64,000 nucleotides of DNA from Caecitellus pseudoparvulus (lineage: Eukaryota; Protista; Bigyra: Bicosoecida), in contig CBFFRQ010000074.1 of NCBI GenBank assembly GCA_965644315.1, positions 1-64,000 of the forward strand, in the 5' to 3' direction. Shown here in pieces: positions 44,487 to 56,878 of this stretch. Positions within the stretch are counted from its first letter, which is position 1, and every line of letters begins with the position of its first letter. The position numbers and the translations under genes were made by a program. The notes under the pieces were generated by a model that saw nothing but the letters and a program-made list of their open reading frames with translations, had not been told where the DNA came from and searched no databases.

Positions 44487-44641
44487 TCTGCCTTGTGGCA
44501 AGTGCCTGGCCGTTTCACACAAGCAGGTGCCACAGGAGAGTCCGCACCACGCCAAGTGTGCTGCGGCGCTTTACACCGTGAGAAGCGGCCCAGTGCAAGT
44601 CTAGTATGGACAAACAGATCATGAAAGAAGCCATGAATTTG

Positions 44642-46604
44642 CTACTGCTCCACAGTGACCGCCACTGCATCCGTGTCAGCCTCCTTGCTGCGGCGCCGGT
44701 GGCGAGGGGGCTGAGGGTCCCGTGGCGTCAGGGACGTGCCAGCCAGCCCCGGCCGCGAGTGCAGCCGGCGCTGGTCAGCTGACTCCAGCACCCGAGCTGC
44801 ACCCTGTGCCTGTGTCTCTGGGGTGTCCCGCCGGGCAGAAGCGCTGGCCTCACTGACGACCGAGTCAGACTTGGGGCGCCCTGGGGCTGCCGCAGCGCCG
44901 GCGTCTGGAGCAGCTGCCGCCGCCCCTGGCGCAGCGCCTGGCCGCGCGAAGAGCAGGGCGTCGGCGTACTCGTCACGCGCAATGCGCAGAACCCTTGCCG
45001 TGCCGCTGCGCAGCCTGGCCGAGAAGTCTGCGACGTACGTGCCTGGTGCGGCGGTGAGGGCTTTGGAGGCCAGCAGCTCGAAGGAACGCTTTACACTCTT
45101 GATGCCGTCACTGCCGGACGTCACCTCGAACTCGCCATTCAACACCATGGTGCAGACGGTGTACACATTGCCACGCACGTACAGGTCGCTGCCAGGCGCT
45201 GTCGGTGTGCCTTCATCGTCAGGCTTGTCTGCGCCGGTGGGGGACGCCTCTGGTGCCACCAGGTCCAGCACCCTGCTGCCCGAGACGAGGTCCTGGATGG
45301 CCTCGAAGGACATAGGCACGCCAGCTGGCGTCAAGGCCTGGAAGGCGGGCACTGTCGCCTGCAGCGTCGCAGCCACCGCCCGAACCAGGGCAGGCTCCAG
45401 GTCGTTGTGGCCGCGGGAGGTGTCCAGCAGCCGCAGCGTCTCGCTGCCGAAGGCGGCCCGCTTGGTGCGGCGGTCCCCAGCGCTGGTCTCGAACTCGTCG
45501 AACTCGTCCACGAGCTCCATCTGCAGGATCTGCTCAATGACGTCCTCCAGGGTGACGAGGCCGACGAGGGAGTAGGTGGGGTCTTTGTCTGACTCGGTGT
45601 CGTCGATGTCCCGTACCATGGCCAGGTGGGTGCCGTTGGTAGTGAGGGCGCTCAGGCACTCCTCCACGACAGTCGTCGCGTCCACAGTGAGCACTTCGTC
45701 CCGCTCGAAGAAGGAGACGACGGTGATGACAGGCACCTCGTCTGCCGGCACCACTAGCATGAGGTCCTTAGCGAACAGCATGCCGACGACGCTCTCCCCC
45801 GCGTCGTCGAAGACCGGCACGCGGCTGAAGCCTGACTTGAAGATGCGGGACATGACCTCGAAGGTGAGCTTGTCGCTGGAGCGCACGGAGAAGATGGCGT
45901 CGCGCTTGGTCATGATGTCTGCGACGGTCTTGGTGGTGATGGCCAGGGCGCCCTGCATGATGAGGCGCCGGGGCGGGGAGATGATGGCGGCGTGCTGCTC
46001 GATGAGGGAGTTGAACTCGCTCTCGTTGTAGAACTTGCCCAGCTCCTCGCCCAGGGCCCAGTCCAGTGCCATGGAGATGGGCTTGGCGACGATGTACAGC
46101 AGCAGCATGATGACCCGCACCAGCGGCACGGTCTTGGCGCCGATGTACAGAGCGTAGCGGGAGCACAGGGCTTGGGGGATGATCTCGCCGAAGATGACGA
46201 TGAGAGCCGTGGACACCAGGAACCCCAGCAAGCCAGAGGTCAAGGCGGCCGTCAAAATGGACAGCTGGGCGTTCACCGCCACATTGCCCAGCAGCAGCGT
46301 GCACAGGAGCAGGTTGCCGTTCTGGCGAATGGGCCAAATGGTGCTGGCCCAACGCTTCTCGTCCACACTGCCTGCCTCGCGCACGATCTGCACAGGGGCG
46401 ATGCGGGCGGTAGCTGGCCGGGGGTGGCACTGCATTGGCCCGTGCAGTGCAGCAGGGTGCTGCTGCACTGCAGCTTCGCTTTCGCACCTTCAGTTGGTTC
46501 GTGTCCAGGCCCAGCAAGCCCAAGGTCAAGCCCGAGAACAGAGCTGACAGCGCCACAAGCACGACGATGGCAATGTACTGCAGGATGATCTCGCCGATGC
46601 TCAT
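44642..46604 (-). CDS. CNNM: CNNM / DUF21-CBS metal transporter-like protein (one intron)
   Basis: SALFSGLTLGLLGLD, GNLLLCTLLLGNVAVN, IVIFGEIIPQA, GFSRVPV, GLVTLEDVIEQIL, and a C-terminal cNMP-binding-homology-like segment. Confidence 0.93.
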
Positions 46605-47000
46605 GGTGAGTGCAGGTTTGTGGCTTGGGGTGGAGGCGGAAATTGAGAAACAGCTGCTTGCCTGCAGCCAACGCACTCAGCCGTGAGCGGGACAGGGGAG
46701 GAATCCAGCGAGCTCGCACGGCGCACAACCTTGCAGATGCTCTTGCATGGTGTGTGGTGGGAAGTGCATCCCCGCTCGGTCTGACAGTGGCGGGTGCAGG
46801 AGGGGAGAGAGGTGCCCTTTCTGTTTGCCAGGTTTCTTGGCTGTGAGATGTCGCCTACCGCCAGTCATCCGGCGGCGCCTCTCGCCCCACACATTTCAAT
46901 GCCGCCACCTCCGCACCCCCTCCACATTGATGCAGGCACGTCACATGTTGCAGATTTCGCAGAGCAGCGCACTCCATCCCAGGATCTTGACCCATTGAGC

Positions 47001-48273
47001 ATGGCTGCTGAGTCTGGCTCCCCCGGCTTGAAGGCCCTCATCCTCGTGGGTGGCTTCGGCACCCGACTGCGCCCACTGACGTTCACAAAGCCCAAGCCCC
47101 TGGTCGAGTTCGCGAACCTCGCCATCGTGCTGCACCAGATTGAGGCACTGGCTCAGGTGCGGAATTTGTGCGGCGTGCTGGAGCAGGCGGCGCTGTGCTG
47201 ACACCACCCTCAACTCCGTGCTGTCAGGTGGGAGTGACAGAAGTCGTGCTTGCCATTGGTTTCAAACCGGAGGCCATCAACGCCAGGGTGCCTGAGATCG
47301 AGAAGAAGGTGAGTGCAACAACACGCACTGTGCGCAGCGTGTGGCTGGTGCTGGGCAGGATGCTCACGACCTGCACCCCTGCTCGCTCCGTCCGCAGTAC
47401 GGCGTGAAGGTGACGGTGTCCCTGGAAGAGACCCCCATGGGCACAGCAGGCCCCCTGGCCTTGGCCCGTGAGCACCTGAAGACGCCCACCGACGAGCCCT
47501 TCTTCGTGTTCAACTCGGACGTCACGTGCGAGTACCCGCTGGCCGACCTGCTGGCCTTCCACAAGGCCCACGGCAAGGAGGGCACCATCATGGTGACACA
47601 GGTGAAGGACCCCTCCAAGTACGGCGTGGTGGTGTACGGGGAAGACGGCCGCATCGAGCGCTTCGTGGAGAAGCCGACGCAGTGGGTGGGGGACCGCATC
47701 AACGCTGGCCTGTACATCTTCAGCCCCTCCATCCTGGCCCGCATCCCCGACGCACCCACCTCCATCGAGCGGGAGGTGTTCCCAGTCATGGCGGGCGAGG
47801 GCAACTTGTTCGCCATGGACCTGCCTGGGTACTGGATGGACATCGGGCAGCCCAAGGACTACCTCACCGGCTCCGTCATGCACTTGGCGTCCCTGGCCAA
47901 GCGCGCGCCACACCGCCTGGCGACAGGGGAGGGTATCAAGGGCAATGTGCTGGTGCACGAGAGCGCCACCATTGGTGCTGGCAGTGTCGTGGGGCCTGAC
48001 GTCATCATCGGGGAGGGTGTCGTGGTGGGGGCCGGCGTGCGTCTGCAGCGGTGCACACTGCTGCAGGGGGCCATCGTGAAGGACCATGCATTTGTGAAGG
48101 ACAGCATCATCGGCTGGAACAGCACGCTGGGCGCCTGGACCCGTGTGGAGGGCAGCAGTGTGCTGGGGGAGGACGTGCAGTTGGCAGAGGGGCAGACGCT
48201 GAACGGCACCATCGTCCTGCCACACAAGGGCGTAAAGGACTCCTGGCGGGAGCCGGGCAAGATCATCATGTGA
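47001..48273 (+). CDS. GMPPB: Mannose-1-phosphate guanylyltransferase (GDP-mannose pyrophosphorylase), 2 introns
   Basis: [57 protein letters not shown], hexapeptide C-terminus. Confidence 0.95.
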
Positions 48274-48309
48274 GCGCGGGGAGGCAATGCACCGAGGCAC
48301 ACTGGCAGG

Positions 48310-49167
48310 TCACCCGCAGGCGCAGCCCCCCGCAGGCTTGGCCTGTGCAGGCTCCTCCTCGTCCAGCAGCACCAGCTTGGGGCGGCGGCCACGACGGCCA
48401 CGGCCCCCCTCGCCCCCCATGCCGCCTGTGGCGGCCCTGGCGCCTGCCATTTCTGCAAAGTGGAGCGGCGGGTGCCGTTGGGGGGTTGTGTCGTGCTGGT
48501 GGCGGTCATGGCGCGGCACTCACTGCGCGTGAGTGCGGCAAAGGCGTCGTGGAGACCAGCCCCCGTCTTGGCGGAGGTGAGCACGTGTAAAGCCCCCACT
48601 TCGTCGGCATAGGCCTGGGCAACGTCAGCTGGCACGTGGCGCTTGCTTTCCAGGTCGCACTTGTTGCCGGCGATGGCCAGGGAGATGGAGGGCCCCACCA
48701 CCTTGCGTAGCTCCTTGACCCACGCCTTGACGCGCTCGAAGCTGTGCGAGTCGGTGATGTCGTACACCAACAGCGCGCCGGTCGCGTCACGGTAGTACAA
48801 GGGGGTCAGTGCATGGAATCGCTCCTGCCCTGCCGTGTCCCAAATGCTGAGCTTGTGGTCCTGCGCCGGCGCGTGGCGGCGTGGCGGGGTGAGGCAGGCT
48901 GGGTTTCAGCACTGAAACGCCGCTGTCGCCACTCACCGTGCCGTCCACGCTCACCACCTTCTCCATGTAGGAGGCATCCATGGAGGAAGCCTGTTTGTCA
49001 TCGAATTCATCCTTCACGAACTTCAGCAAGATGGACGTCTTGCCCACTCGCCCTGCGCGTGCGGCAACGTGTGGTGCTGGTGCCGCCGGCCATGCGCCGC
49101 AGCTCGCCCTGGCACACTCACCCTCCCCCAGCAAGCACACCTTCAGCCCAGTGCTGGCAGCAGCCAT
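48310..49167 (-). CDS. RAB21: Rab21 small GTPase (3 introns)
   Basis: LLGE|GRVGKTS, WDTAGQERFHAL.P.YYRD, WVKELRK, NKCD, TSAK, C-terminal GGCACG. Confidence 0.92.
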
Positions 49168-49412
49168 ACCAACAGGTTCCTGGCGCACGGTGTGGAGGGC
49201 AACTGCTCTTCGAACGTGTGGCAGACTCGCTGACCAGGGTTAGAGTGGGAGCTGCCTCCTGCAGGGTTGCCTGGGTGCAACTGCTTTCCGACGTGGCAGA
49301 CTCAGTGGTGCCTGGGGCGTGCAAGGGCGCAGTGGCACGTGGTCAAATTGTTTTGACCGTCTGCAATGGCGCAGCTTCCTTTGGGCGTGAGCACTGCACG
49401 CTCTCGCCCACC

Positions 49413-50006
49413 ATGGCCAACACTCGCGGCACAAAGCGAGCTTTGGAGGAGCCCACGCCAAGCAACCCAGACAAGCGCCTGTGCGGAGTGGAGGGCCAGG
49501 AAACACCCCAGCACGCTGCCACCCAAGTCCCCCTGCACTCGCTTCCCGCACCGTATGCTGGGGTCAATGGCACCTTGAGGCAATTGCACGTGGCACGCAT
49601 GCAGCGCAGAGCAAGAGCTGCACAAGCAGAGGCAGGGCAGGTGGAGCAGCCGTCGCTGAGGGTACGGGTGCGGCTGGCTGGTGCTGCTGGGGCGTACATT
49701 TCCCCACCAGGAAGCCAGCCGCGTTTACAGTCGCCTTCGTGGGGGGCTCCAGCCGGCGTGACGGGCGCGGGACCAGGCCAGCGTTTCGCCGGCGTTGCCC
49801 AAGCACAAAGCCTGCCGAACCCAACTGGTACAGCGGCCGAGCAGTTCCCCCTTCACCACACACACAATGGAATGGATGCATTGGGTCGGCCCACCGCACT
49901 CCCCAGCCAGGGGTTCGTTGCTCATGCCAGGAGCAGCGACTCTGGACTCGTGCGTGGATCTGGCAGAATTGGAGGGTTCAAGCGACAGCGAGACACGGGC
50001 CTCTGA
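49413..50006 (+). CDS. Small disordered protein with FAM104/VCF-like helical motif
   Basis: NLS-like KR..KR near the N-terminus and YAGVNGTLRQLHVARMQRR, resembling the Y-x2-N-x2-LR-x2-H motif of FAM104. ATG context CACCATGG. Confidence 0.45.
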   Translation: MANTRGTKRALEEPTPSNPDKRLCGVEGQETPQHAATQVPLHSLPAPYAGVNGTLRQLHVARMQRRARAAQAEAGQVEQPSLRVRVRLAGAAGAYISPPGSQPRLQSPSWGAPAGVTGAGPGQRFAGVAQAQSLPNPTGTAAEQFPLHHTHNGMDALGRPTALPSQGFVAHARSSDSGLVRGSGRIGGFKRQRDTGL

Positions 50007-50072
50007 AGCGGCCCAGCAGCACACTTGCATGCAGTCCTCCCAAACCACGGCCGGAGTGGGTCGCAGAGCGCT

Positions 50073-50766
50073 TCATGCGGCAGGGTCCCCGTCCCCCGGC
50101 CCCTCCCCAGCCCCTGCAGCTTCGGCAGGTTCAGGCGCCGCAGCTGCGGCACCGGCTGCATCCGCGGCGGCTGGCTGAGCAGAGGCGACGCTGTCGCTAG
50201 CTGCTGCACTGGCTGCATCTTCATCTGCGCTGTCTTCATCTGGAGGGTTCACTTGCCCCAGCTTCTGCAAACGCTGGCCGAAAACTTCGGCTGCTTGCTC
50301 CAGCTGCGCAGAGGGAGTGGGAGTTCAGGCTACAGGCGGGCAGAGTTCCACAATGCAAGCGGTGGACTCACCTTGAGCTTCAGCATGCCCCACATCGCAG
50401 TGGGTGCGGCGACGCAGGCCAGCAAGTACTCCTCATCCACCGCCGCCACGCCAATGCGCCCCGCTTCCATGTCCAGCAGCAGCAGCTGGAGCTGGCGCCC
50501 ACCCAGGCTCTTCTCAGAGGCCTTGGAGTACTCGGCCCAGATGCTGGAGGTGACGGCAGCTACCCGGGCGTTGTCTGGGATGTGCCGGCTGGCACAGGCG
50601 ATGCCGAGCAGTGCGCCAGTGGCCGACAGCAGCCTGCACAGAGGGAGGGTGCATCGTGTGAGCATGGCACGTGACGCAGGGCATTGCGCAGTACGCACAT
50701 TGACGTGTGCACTCCGTCACCGTTGACAGCCTGCAGGGCGTCAGCCACAGCGGCGTTGCGAAGCAT
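50073..50766 (-). CDS. LAMTOR2: Ragulator subunit LAMTOR2 (roadblock/LC7 fold), 2 introns, acidic/Ala tail
   Basis: MLRNAAVADALQAVN..|LLSATGALL..ARVAAVTSSIWAEY..LLLDMEAGRIGV..GMLKLK|LEQ. Confidence 0.85.
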
Positions 50767-51108
50767 GCTTGCGTTTCAGGCGAAACGCCCCTGGAGCCCT
50801 GGGACACTCTGAGGGGGCTGACTCGGGCTTGAGCGGGGCGAGCCGCGGGGCCTACGTGGGATTCAAGAAGACAGGCTCTGTGGGTGGCCGACCGGGTGCT
50901 CATTTTTGTGTCCAGGCTGCAAACTGCAGAGGCAGCTCGCTGGGCGGCAGCGCCTGTGATGGGCACACCTGAGCTCGCCGTGGCACTTTTCAGTTCCCTG
51001 CGACTCCCTGCCTCCCACGCCACGGCCCTGTGCCTGACCCACAGTGCTTACACCTGCCCCATCAAGTCGCCGCACCTGTTCGCTGTGCCCCGCCTCTTGA
51101 GCAGCGCC

Positions 51109-52910
51109 ATGGCAGCCGACCCCCCCCAAGCCATGACCGTGGGCTCGTCGTGAGTGCAGCACCAGTCGAAGGCAGGCGCGCGGTGCTTGCAGGCGCGCCA
51201 CCCCGCCTCGACCACGCCTCGCACAGCCTCATCCAGCGGTACTACCAGTGCTTGGCCCACGAGCCGGAGAGCCTGCCTGAGCTGTTCCACGCAGATGCGT
51301 GCCTGCAGCACAGCATCGGCAGTGAGGTGCGAGAGGCTGGCATGGGGTCAGTTGCCGCACCCGCTCACAGTGCCCCGTTGCCGCACAGGAGGCAACTGTG
51401 CATGAGGGCAAGGAAGCCATCAACAAGTTCTTCCTGGATCTGCCCTACTCCGCGGTGGCACTGAACGTGGAGGATGGCGCTGTCGATGCCCAGGCCTGCG
51501 GGAAGAGTGCGTGCGGCACTTGGCCACGCCAGCGCCCGGCGCAGTGTTGCAGCGCTGTGCTTGCGCTGTGCCTCGAGTGAGCGCAGTGGTGACAGTCATG
51601 CGTGCTAGATGTGTCCCCTGAGCTGCCGCGGCGTTTTACTCGTCGTGTGCCCTGTCCATGTGCTGCATTCTTGCCGGCCAGCGGCAGTGGTGCTGACGCT
51701 GGTGCTGCCTCGCAGGCGTCGCTGCCACCCCCCTCCACACGCGCCTGCCGCCTGCTCCCCGCCCACAGACATCATCATCATGCTGACTGGCCTCATTGGA
51801 TACAACGGCGCTCCTGCCACCATGCGTTTCGCCCACACCCTCATGGTCTCCGAAGTCCTCACCGCGACGGGCGTCTCCTACAGCATCAAGGCTGACATCT
51901 TCCGCGCGTACGCCGCACCCCTCCCGCCCAAGGCAGCCCCCCCCGCCGTGCCTGCTGTGGCAACGCAGCCCCTCCCCAAGGCAGCTCCTGCCCCCGCCCC
52001 TGCCCCCGTGCCGGAGCCTGAGCCGGAGCCGGAGGTCTTCGCTGAGCCACCAGCAGAGGAGGCGGTGGCGCCCGCACCTGCCGCGCCAGCTGACGAGGTG
52101 GTGCCGGCAGCCGCCAAGAAGACCGCCAAGCCCGCCGCCAAGGGCAAGGGCAAGGGCAAGGCCGAGGCCAAGGGTGAGGGCAAGGGGCGAGGGCGCCCCC
52201 GCGGCAAAGGCAAGGGCAAGGCGGCACAGGAGACCAAGGCTGCCGTCCCTGCCCCTGCCCCTGCCCCTGAGGCTGAGGCTGCGCCTGCCCCCGTTGAGAG
52301 CCAGCCCGCCGTGGCCAAGGCGCCCATGTCATACGCATCAGCTGCCAAGGCGAGCGGGGACGCACCGGCCCCCGCCCCTGCCCCTAAGCCCACACGTGCT
52401 CGAGGGCAGGGCAAGGCCCGTGCTGCGGCGGCCAAGGCACCGCCTGCCGCCCCAGTCGCAGCTGAGTCTGCTCCTGACGCCGCCGGCGACAAGACGGCCG
52501 ACAAGGAGGGGGTGTGGGCCAAGAGCAAGCCTGCTGGCGCACGCCGGGAGCGCGGCTCGGGCGGCGGGCGCCGTGGCCTGCAGGCGGCAGGCAGTGTGCG
52601 CCTGTCGGGCGACCTCAGCGACATCAAGCCCGACAACATCAAGAGCGTGCTGAAGAAGTTCGGGACCATCGCTGGGCTCAGCGCCAACACCATGTCCAAG
52701 GACTACGTGTTCGTGGACTTCACGACGCAGGAGGCTGTGGCCAAGGCCGCCTCTGCCGGCACTGTCACCATCGGTGCCGTCACCTTGGACGTGCAGGTGA
52801 ACAAGAACTTCGTGGCGGACCGCGCTGTGCGGGGGGGGTCTGGCCGCCGCAGCCCCAAGCGGGGCGGGCGCGGTGGTGCCAAGCGGGCTGCCCCAGCAGC
52901 CGCCATGTGA
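51109..52910 (+). CDS. G3BP: G3BP/Rasputin-like NTF2 + RRM + RGG protein (3 introns)
   Basis: NTF2 segment VG..LIQRYY..L...PESL..F, G.EAI, VDAQ, IIMLTG..RF; Pro/Ala linker with SYASAA; RRM (KKFGTI..YVFVDF); RGG tail. Confidence 0.82.
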
Positions 52911-53180
52911 GCGAGGGGGGTGCCAGCATGCATCGGCGCGTTCCGCGTGGCTGGAGGGAAGGTGTGCTTGCAACCACCACCCCCCCCCTTCCAGCGCTGA
53001 AGCCGGTCTCAGTGACGGTGACGCAGAACCCACGGGCGGGGAGTAAAATGCACAACCTGGATGATCCTTGTGACTGGGCGAGGTTCTGCGGGACTCGTGC
53101 GTGGCTGCAGCTGAGGCAGAACGTGCTCGCAAGGCGCACGGCGTGGTGGTGGTTCCCCAAATTCCGCGCACGACGTCAGC

Positions 53181-56100
53181 ATGAAGCTTTCCATGGGCGT
53201 CTTGGACCTCGTGGCCCTGGTGCGCGACATCCGCAGTGCCTGCGTAGGCATGCGTGTGCACCAGGTGTACGACAGTGACCAGCGCACGTACCACTTGCGC
53301 CTCAGTGAGACGGGCGGGCGAAAGGTGCCGCTGGTCATCGAGTCCGGCGCACGCATGCACCCCACCCGCTTCCAAGTGGCCCGGCGGTCAGTTCGGGGCG
53401 GCCTGTGCATGAAGCTGCGCAAACACTTGAAGGGCAGGCGCCTGACAGGTGTGCGGCAGCTGGGTACCGACCGTGTCGTGGACCTGCGTTTCGGCAGCGG
53501 TGCCAACGAGCTGCACTTGCTCGTGGAGTTCTACGCTGGCGGCAACATCATCCTCACGGATGCCAGCCTGCGCATGCTAGCGGTGCTGCGCATCTTCCAG
53601 TACGAGTCTGGCGCACGTGTGGCGCCTGGGGAGGTGTACCCGCTGGCTGAGGCTGCTCGAGCAGTTGTGGCTGGGGAGGGTGACTCCGCCGCCACGCCAG
53701 GCGCCGCCCCGCCCAGCACAGTCTTTGACTTCACCCTCCCCGATGCCGCCATCGCGGAGGAGCTGGCACAGCGCTTGGCAGCTGCCATGAAGCGCACCAA
53801 GCCTACACGCAAAGCCCGCGGCGGCTGCACCCTCAAGGCGCTGCTGCTGGCGCCTGACATGGGCTTGGCGTTGTTCGGCGCCGACCTCCTGCAGCACGCC
53901 GCGCTGGGCGTGGGGTGGAGCTTGGATGCTCTGCTGCATGAGGGTTCTTCCGGTGCTACAGTGCCGGATGCGTCGGATGTGTCCACTGCACGCGCCTTTG
54001 TAGCGGGGTGCCGGGGCCTGGCCGCCACTCTGAGCAGCGTGCAGGAGGGGGCGGAGGGCGTGGCTGGCTACCTGCTCGTGCAGCGCAAAGAGGCAGATGC
54101 CACTGGGGAAGCAGGGCTGCTCACTGGGGAGGTGGCGTCGTGGGATGAGGTGCTGGGGGCGGCTGGTGCAGCGGCGACGGCAGCGGCGGCGGCTGCGGCG
54201 GCGGTGGAGGAGGAGGAGGAGGGGGAGCCTGGGCGAGGTGAAGCCGACGTGCTGGCTGGTCTGCAAGGCGACGCAGAGGCACAGGCGGGGCCCCAGCAAA
54301 CCTTCCATGATGTGTGGGAGGTGGTGGGCGTGACCCCTGTCTTGCTGCGGCAGCACGCCAACGCCGCCTATGTGCTGGCCCCCACTTTCGCGGAAGCGTA
54401 CGACGAAGCTGCTGCGCGAGTGGTGGCGCAGCGCCAGGAGAAAGCCCGCTCCTCTGCCCTGTCTGCCGCCCATGCCAAGGTGCAGGACGCCAAGGACAAG
54501 GTGGAGGGGCACGTGGCTGCTATCCGGGCAGCCCAAGCTGCCGCGGAGCGCTCAGCTGCCGCTGTGGAGGGCAGTCGGAGCCATGTGCAGGCAGCTCTGG
54601 ACGTCGTGAACCGGGCAGTGGCGTCGGGCATGGACTGGGGTGACTTGGAGCGTATGGTGGCGGCAGAGGCGGCAGGCGGTAACGCCGTGGCCGCCAGCAT
54701 CGTCAAGCTGGATGTGGGGGGTGGCCGCATGACCCTGGCCCTGCCAGACCCGTACTGGCAAGAGGGGCAGGAGGAGGACGAGGCTGGAGGGGACAGTGAC
54801 TCGTCAGAGGATGGAGAGGGGGGGGGCGGTGGCGGCACGTGGAGGAGCCCAGCAGCCAGCATGGACCCAGCCGCCCGCCTGGCCGCCGCCCAAGCCCTTT
54901 TTCACGGGGGGGAGGAGTGGTCAGAAGGTGGGCGGGGGGATGGCACTCCACAGGAGGCGGCCAGCACAGCGCCTGCACACGCCGCGGCTGGTGCGGGGGA
55001 GTCCCCCAGCACTGGCGGGCCCACGGTGCAGGTGCAGGTGCGGCTGGACTTGTCGGCGGCAGGCAACGCCCGGGAGCACTGGCGCAGCGCCAAGGCTGCA
55101 AAAGGCAGCGAGGACAAGGCTGCCGCCGCTGGCGCGCGCGTGGTGGCCGAGGCAGAGGCCAAAGCAGCCCACACACAGGCCACCCTGCACCGCATCGGCA
55201 CCGGCAAGGGCAGCAAGCAGGCGGTGGGCATGGCAGAGGGCCGCAAGGCGCCGTACTTCTCCAAGTTCCGCTGGTTCATCTCCAGCGAGGGCGTCCTGGT
55301 GCTGGCTGGGCGAGACATGCACCAGAACGAGACGCTGGTGAAGCGCTACCTGCGCCCGCAAGACGCATACGTGCACGGCGACGTGCACGGTGCCGCCTCC
55401 TGCATCGTGCGGAACCCCAGCACCTCTCCCGAGGCGGCGGCACTGCTGCCCACCCTGGCCATCACGCTGAACCAGGCAGCCACCTTCTCCGCCTGCCTGT
55501 CCAAGGCGTGGAAGGGCGGCATGCCCTGCAACGCCTGGTGGGTGCACGCCAACCAGGTCAGCAAGACTGCGCAGTCGGGGGAGTACCTGCCCACTGGCAG
55601 CTTCATGATCCGTGGCACCAAGAACATGCTGCACGTGGCCAAGCTGGAGCTGGGCATCGCCCTCCTCTTCAAGGTGGAGCAGGAGGTGCTGCAGAAGCGC
55701 GGCACTGACCGCCTGCCCCGCGCCCGAGAGCAGTGGCAGGCGGCGCTGTCTGGGGAGACCAGTGCAGTGCAGGCGAGTCCTCCACAGCCACCCCGCGCTG
55801 CCTCGCCTGCCACTGCCGTGGAGGAGACGCCGCCCCCCCGCCCAGGCAGCCCCCCCGCTGCCGCCACATCTGCCGGCACTGCGGCGGAGGCGGCGCCCCA
55901 GACACAGCCTGACAGCGACGCCGCCCAGGCCGACGCCGCCCAGCCTGAAGCTGCCCAAGAGGTGCCGGATGCGGCCAGTCCACCTGCCAAGCGCAGCGAC
56001 GGGCAGCCGAAGCGAGGGCAGCGCTTCCGTCGCCGCAAGGCCAAGGCGAAGTACAGCGACCAGGACGAGGAAGAGCGAGCGTTGGCCATGGCGGCGCTGG

Positions 56101-56861
56101 GACACGGCGTCAGGGAGGCGGACGAGGGTGGGACGCCGGGCGCCAGCGGCTCAGGTGTGGCTGGGGGCGATGATGAGGAGGAGTGGGATGGGTCTGCTGC
56201 GCCAGCCACGGCCTCTGCGCCGGTGGTGTCTGTGGCGGCCGCTGCTGTCGGCATCCGCGGCGTCGGTGGCGCGTACTTTGAGGAGGGGCAGGAGGGGGAG
56301 GTGGCGCCGTGGCTGGCCCTGGACCGCGACGTGGCTGAGGCGGCCCCCGTGGAGAGCTCCGGGGAGGTGCTGGTGCACGGCATGCCTCTGCGAGGGGAGT
56401 TCCTGGACGTGGCACGCCTAGTGCCGAGCTTGGGCCGGGGCGATGTGAGCACCATGGCTCTGTTCATGCTGGCGCCGTGGGGGGCGTTGGGGGCTGCCTA
56501 CCCCTTCAAGGTGCGCCTGCAGCCCGGCACCCTGAAGGCAGGCAAGGCGCTCAAAGCGGCTGTGCCCATCATGCAGGCGCTGCTGACGGAGTGGCGGCCC
56601 AAGGGCGGCCCAGGCACGCCCGATGCCGGCTCAGATGCACGCAGTGTGACGACAGCGGGGACACGGGATACCCTTGCCGGGGGCGGCTCGCGTGTGGGGC
56701 AGCGCTGCATGGCCCTCGCGCGGGCCGTGCCAGAGGAAGAAACCATGCGGACGATGCTGGGTGATGTCAAGGTGATGGCGCCGGCGTCCGCCTCGGCCGC
56801 CGTGAAGAAGGCTGCGCGGGCAGCAGGCAAGGGCAAGGGCAAGAAGGGCGGCCGCAGGTGA
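53181..56861 (+). CDS. NEMF: Ribosome quality-control factor NEMF/Rqc2
   Basis: IESGARMHPT, MKLRKHLK.RRL, QLGTDRVVD, EFYAGGNIILTD, KFRWFISSEG.LVLAGRD..QNE.LVKRY, QVSKTAQSGEYLPTGSFMIRG, FKVRLQPG..KAGKA. Confidence 0.95.
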   Translation: MKLSMGVLDLVALVRDIRSACVGMRVHQVYDSDQRTYHLRLSETGGRKVPLVIESGARMHPTRFQVARRSVRGGLCMKLRKHLKGRRLTGVRQLGTDRVVDLRFGSGANELHLLVEFYAGGNIILTDASLRMLAVLRIFQYESGARVAPGEVYPLAEAARAVVAGEGDSAATPGAAPPSTVFDFTLPDAAIAEELAQRLAAAMKRTKPTRKARGGCTLKALLLAPDMGLALFGADLLQHAALGVGWSLDALLHEGSSGATVPDASDVSTARAFVAGCRGLAATLSSVQEGAEGVAGYLLVQRKEADATGEAGLLTGEVASWDEVLGAAGAAATAAAAAAAAVEEEEEGEPGRGEADVLAGLQGDAEAQAGPQQTFHDVWEVVGVTPVLLRQHANAAYVLAPTFAEAYDEAAARVVAQRQEKARSSALSAAHAKVQDAKDKVEGHVAAIRAAQAAAERSAAAVEGSRSHVQAALDVVNRAVASGMDWGDLERMVAAEAAGGNAVAASIVKLDVGGGRMTLALPDPYWQEGQEEDEAGGDSDSSEDGEGGGGGGTWRSPAASMDPAARLAAAQALFHGGEEWSEGGRGDGTPQEAASTAPAHAAAGAGESPSTGGPTVQVQVRLDLSAAGNAREHWRSAKAAKGSEDKAAAAGARVVAEAEAKAAHTQATLHRIGTGKGSKQAVGMAEGRKAPYFSKFRWFISSEGVLVLAGRDMHQNETLVKRYLRPQDAYVHGDVHGAASCIVRNPSTSPEAAALLPTLAITLNQAATFSACLSKAWKGGMPCNAWWVHANQVSKTAQSGEYLPTGSFMIRGTKNMLHVAKLELGIALLFKVEQEVLQKRGTDRLPRAREQWQAALSGETSAVQASPPQPPRAASPATAVEETPPPRPGSPPAAATSAGTAAEAAPQTQPDSDAAQADAAQPEAAQEVPDAASPPAKRSDGQPKRGQRFRRRKAKAKYSDQDEEERALAMAALGHGVREADEGGTPGASGSGVAGGDDEEEWDGSAAPATASAPVVSVAAAAVGIRGVGGAYFEEGQEGEVAPWLALDRDVAEAAPVESSGEVLVHGMPLRGEFLDVARLVPSLGRGDVSTMALFMLAPWGALGAAYPFKVRLQPGTLKAGKALKAAVPIMQALLTEWRPKGGPGTPDAGSDARSVTTAGTRDTLAGGGSRVGQRCMALARAVPEEETMRTMLGDVKVMAPASASAAVKKAARAAGKGKGKKGGRR

Positions 56862-56878
56862 TTCGCTGTGCAATGCAT

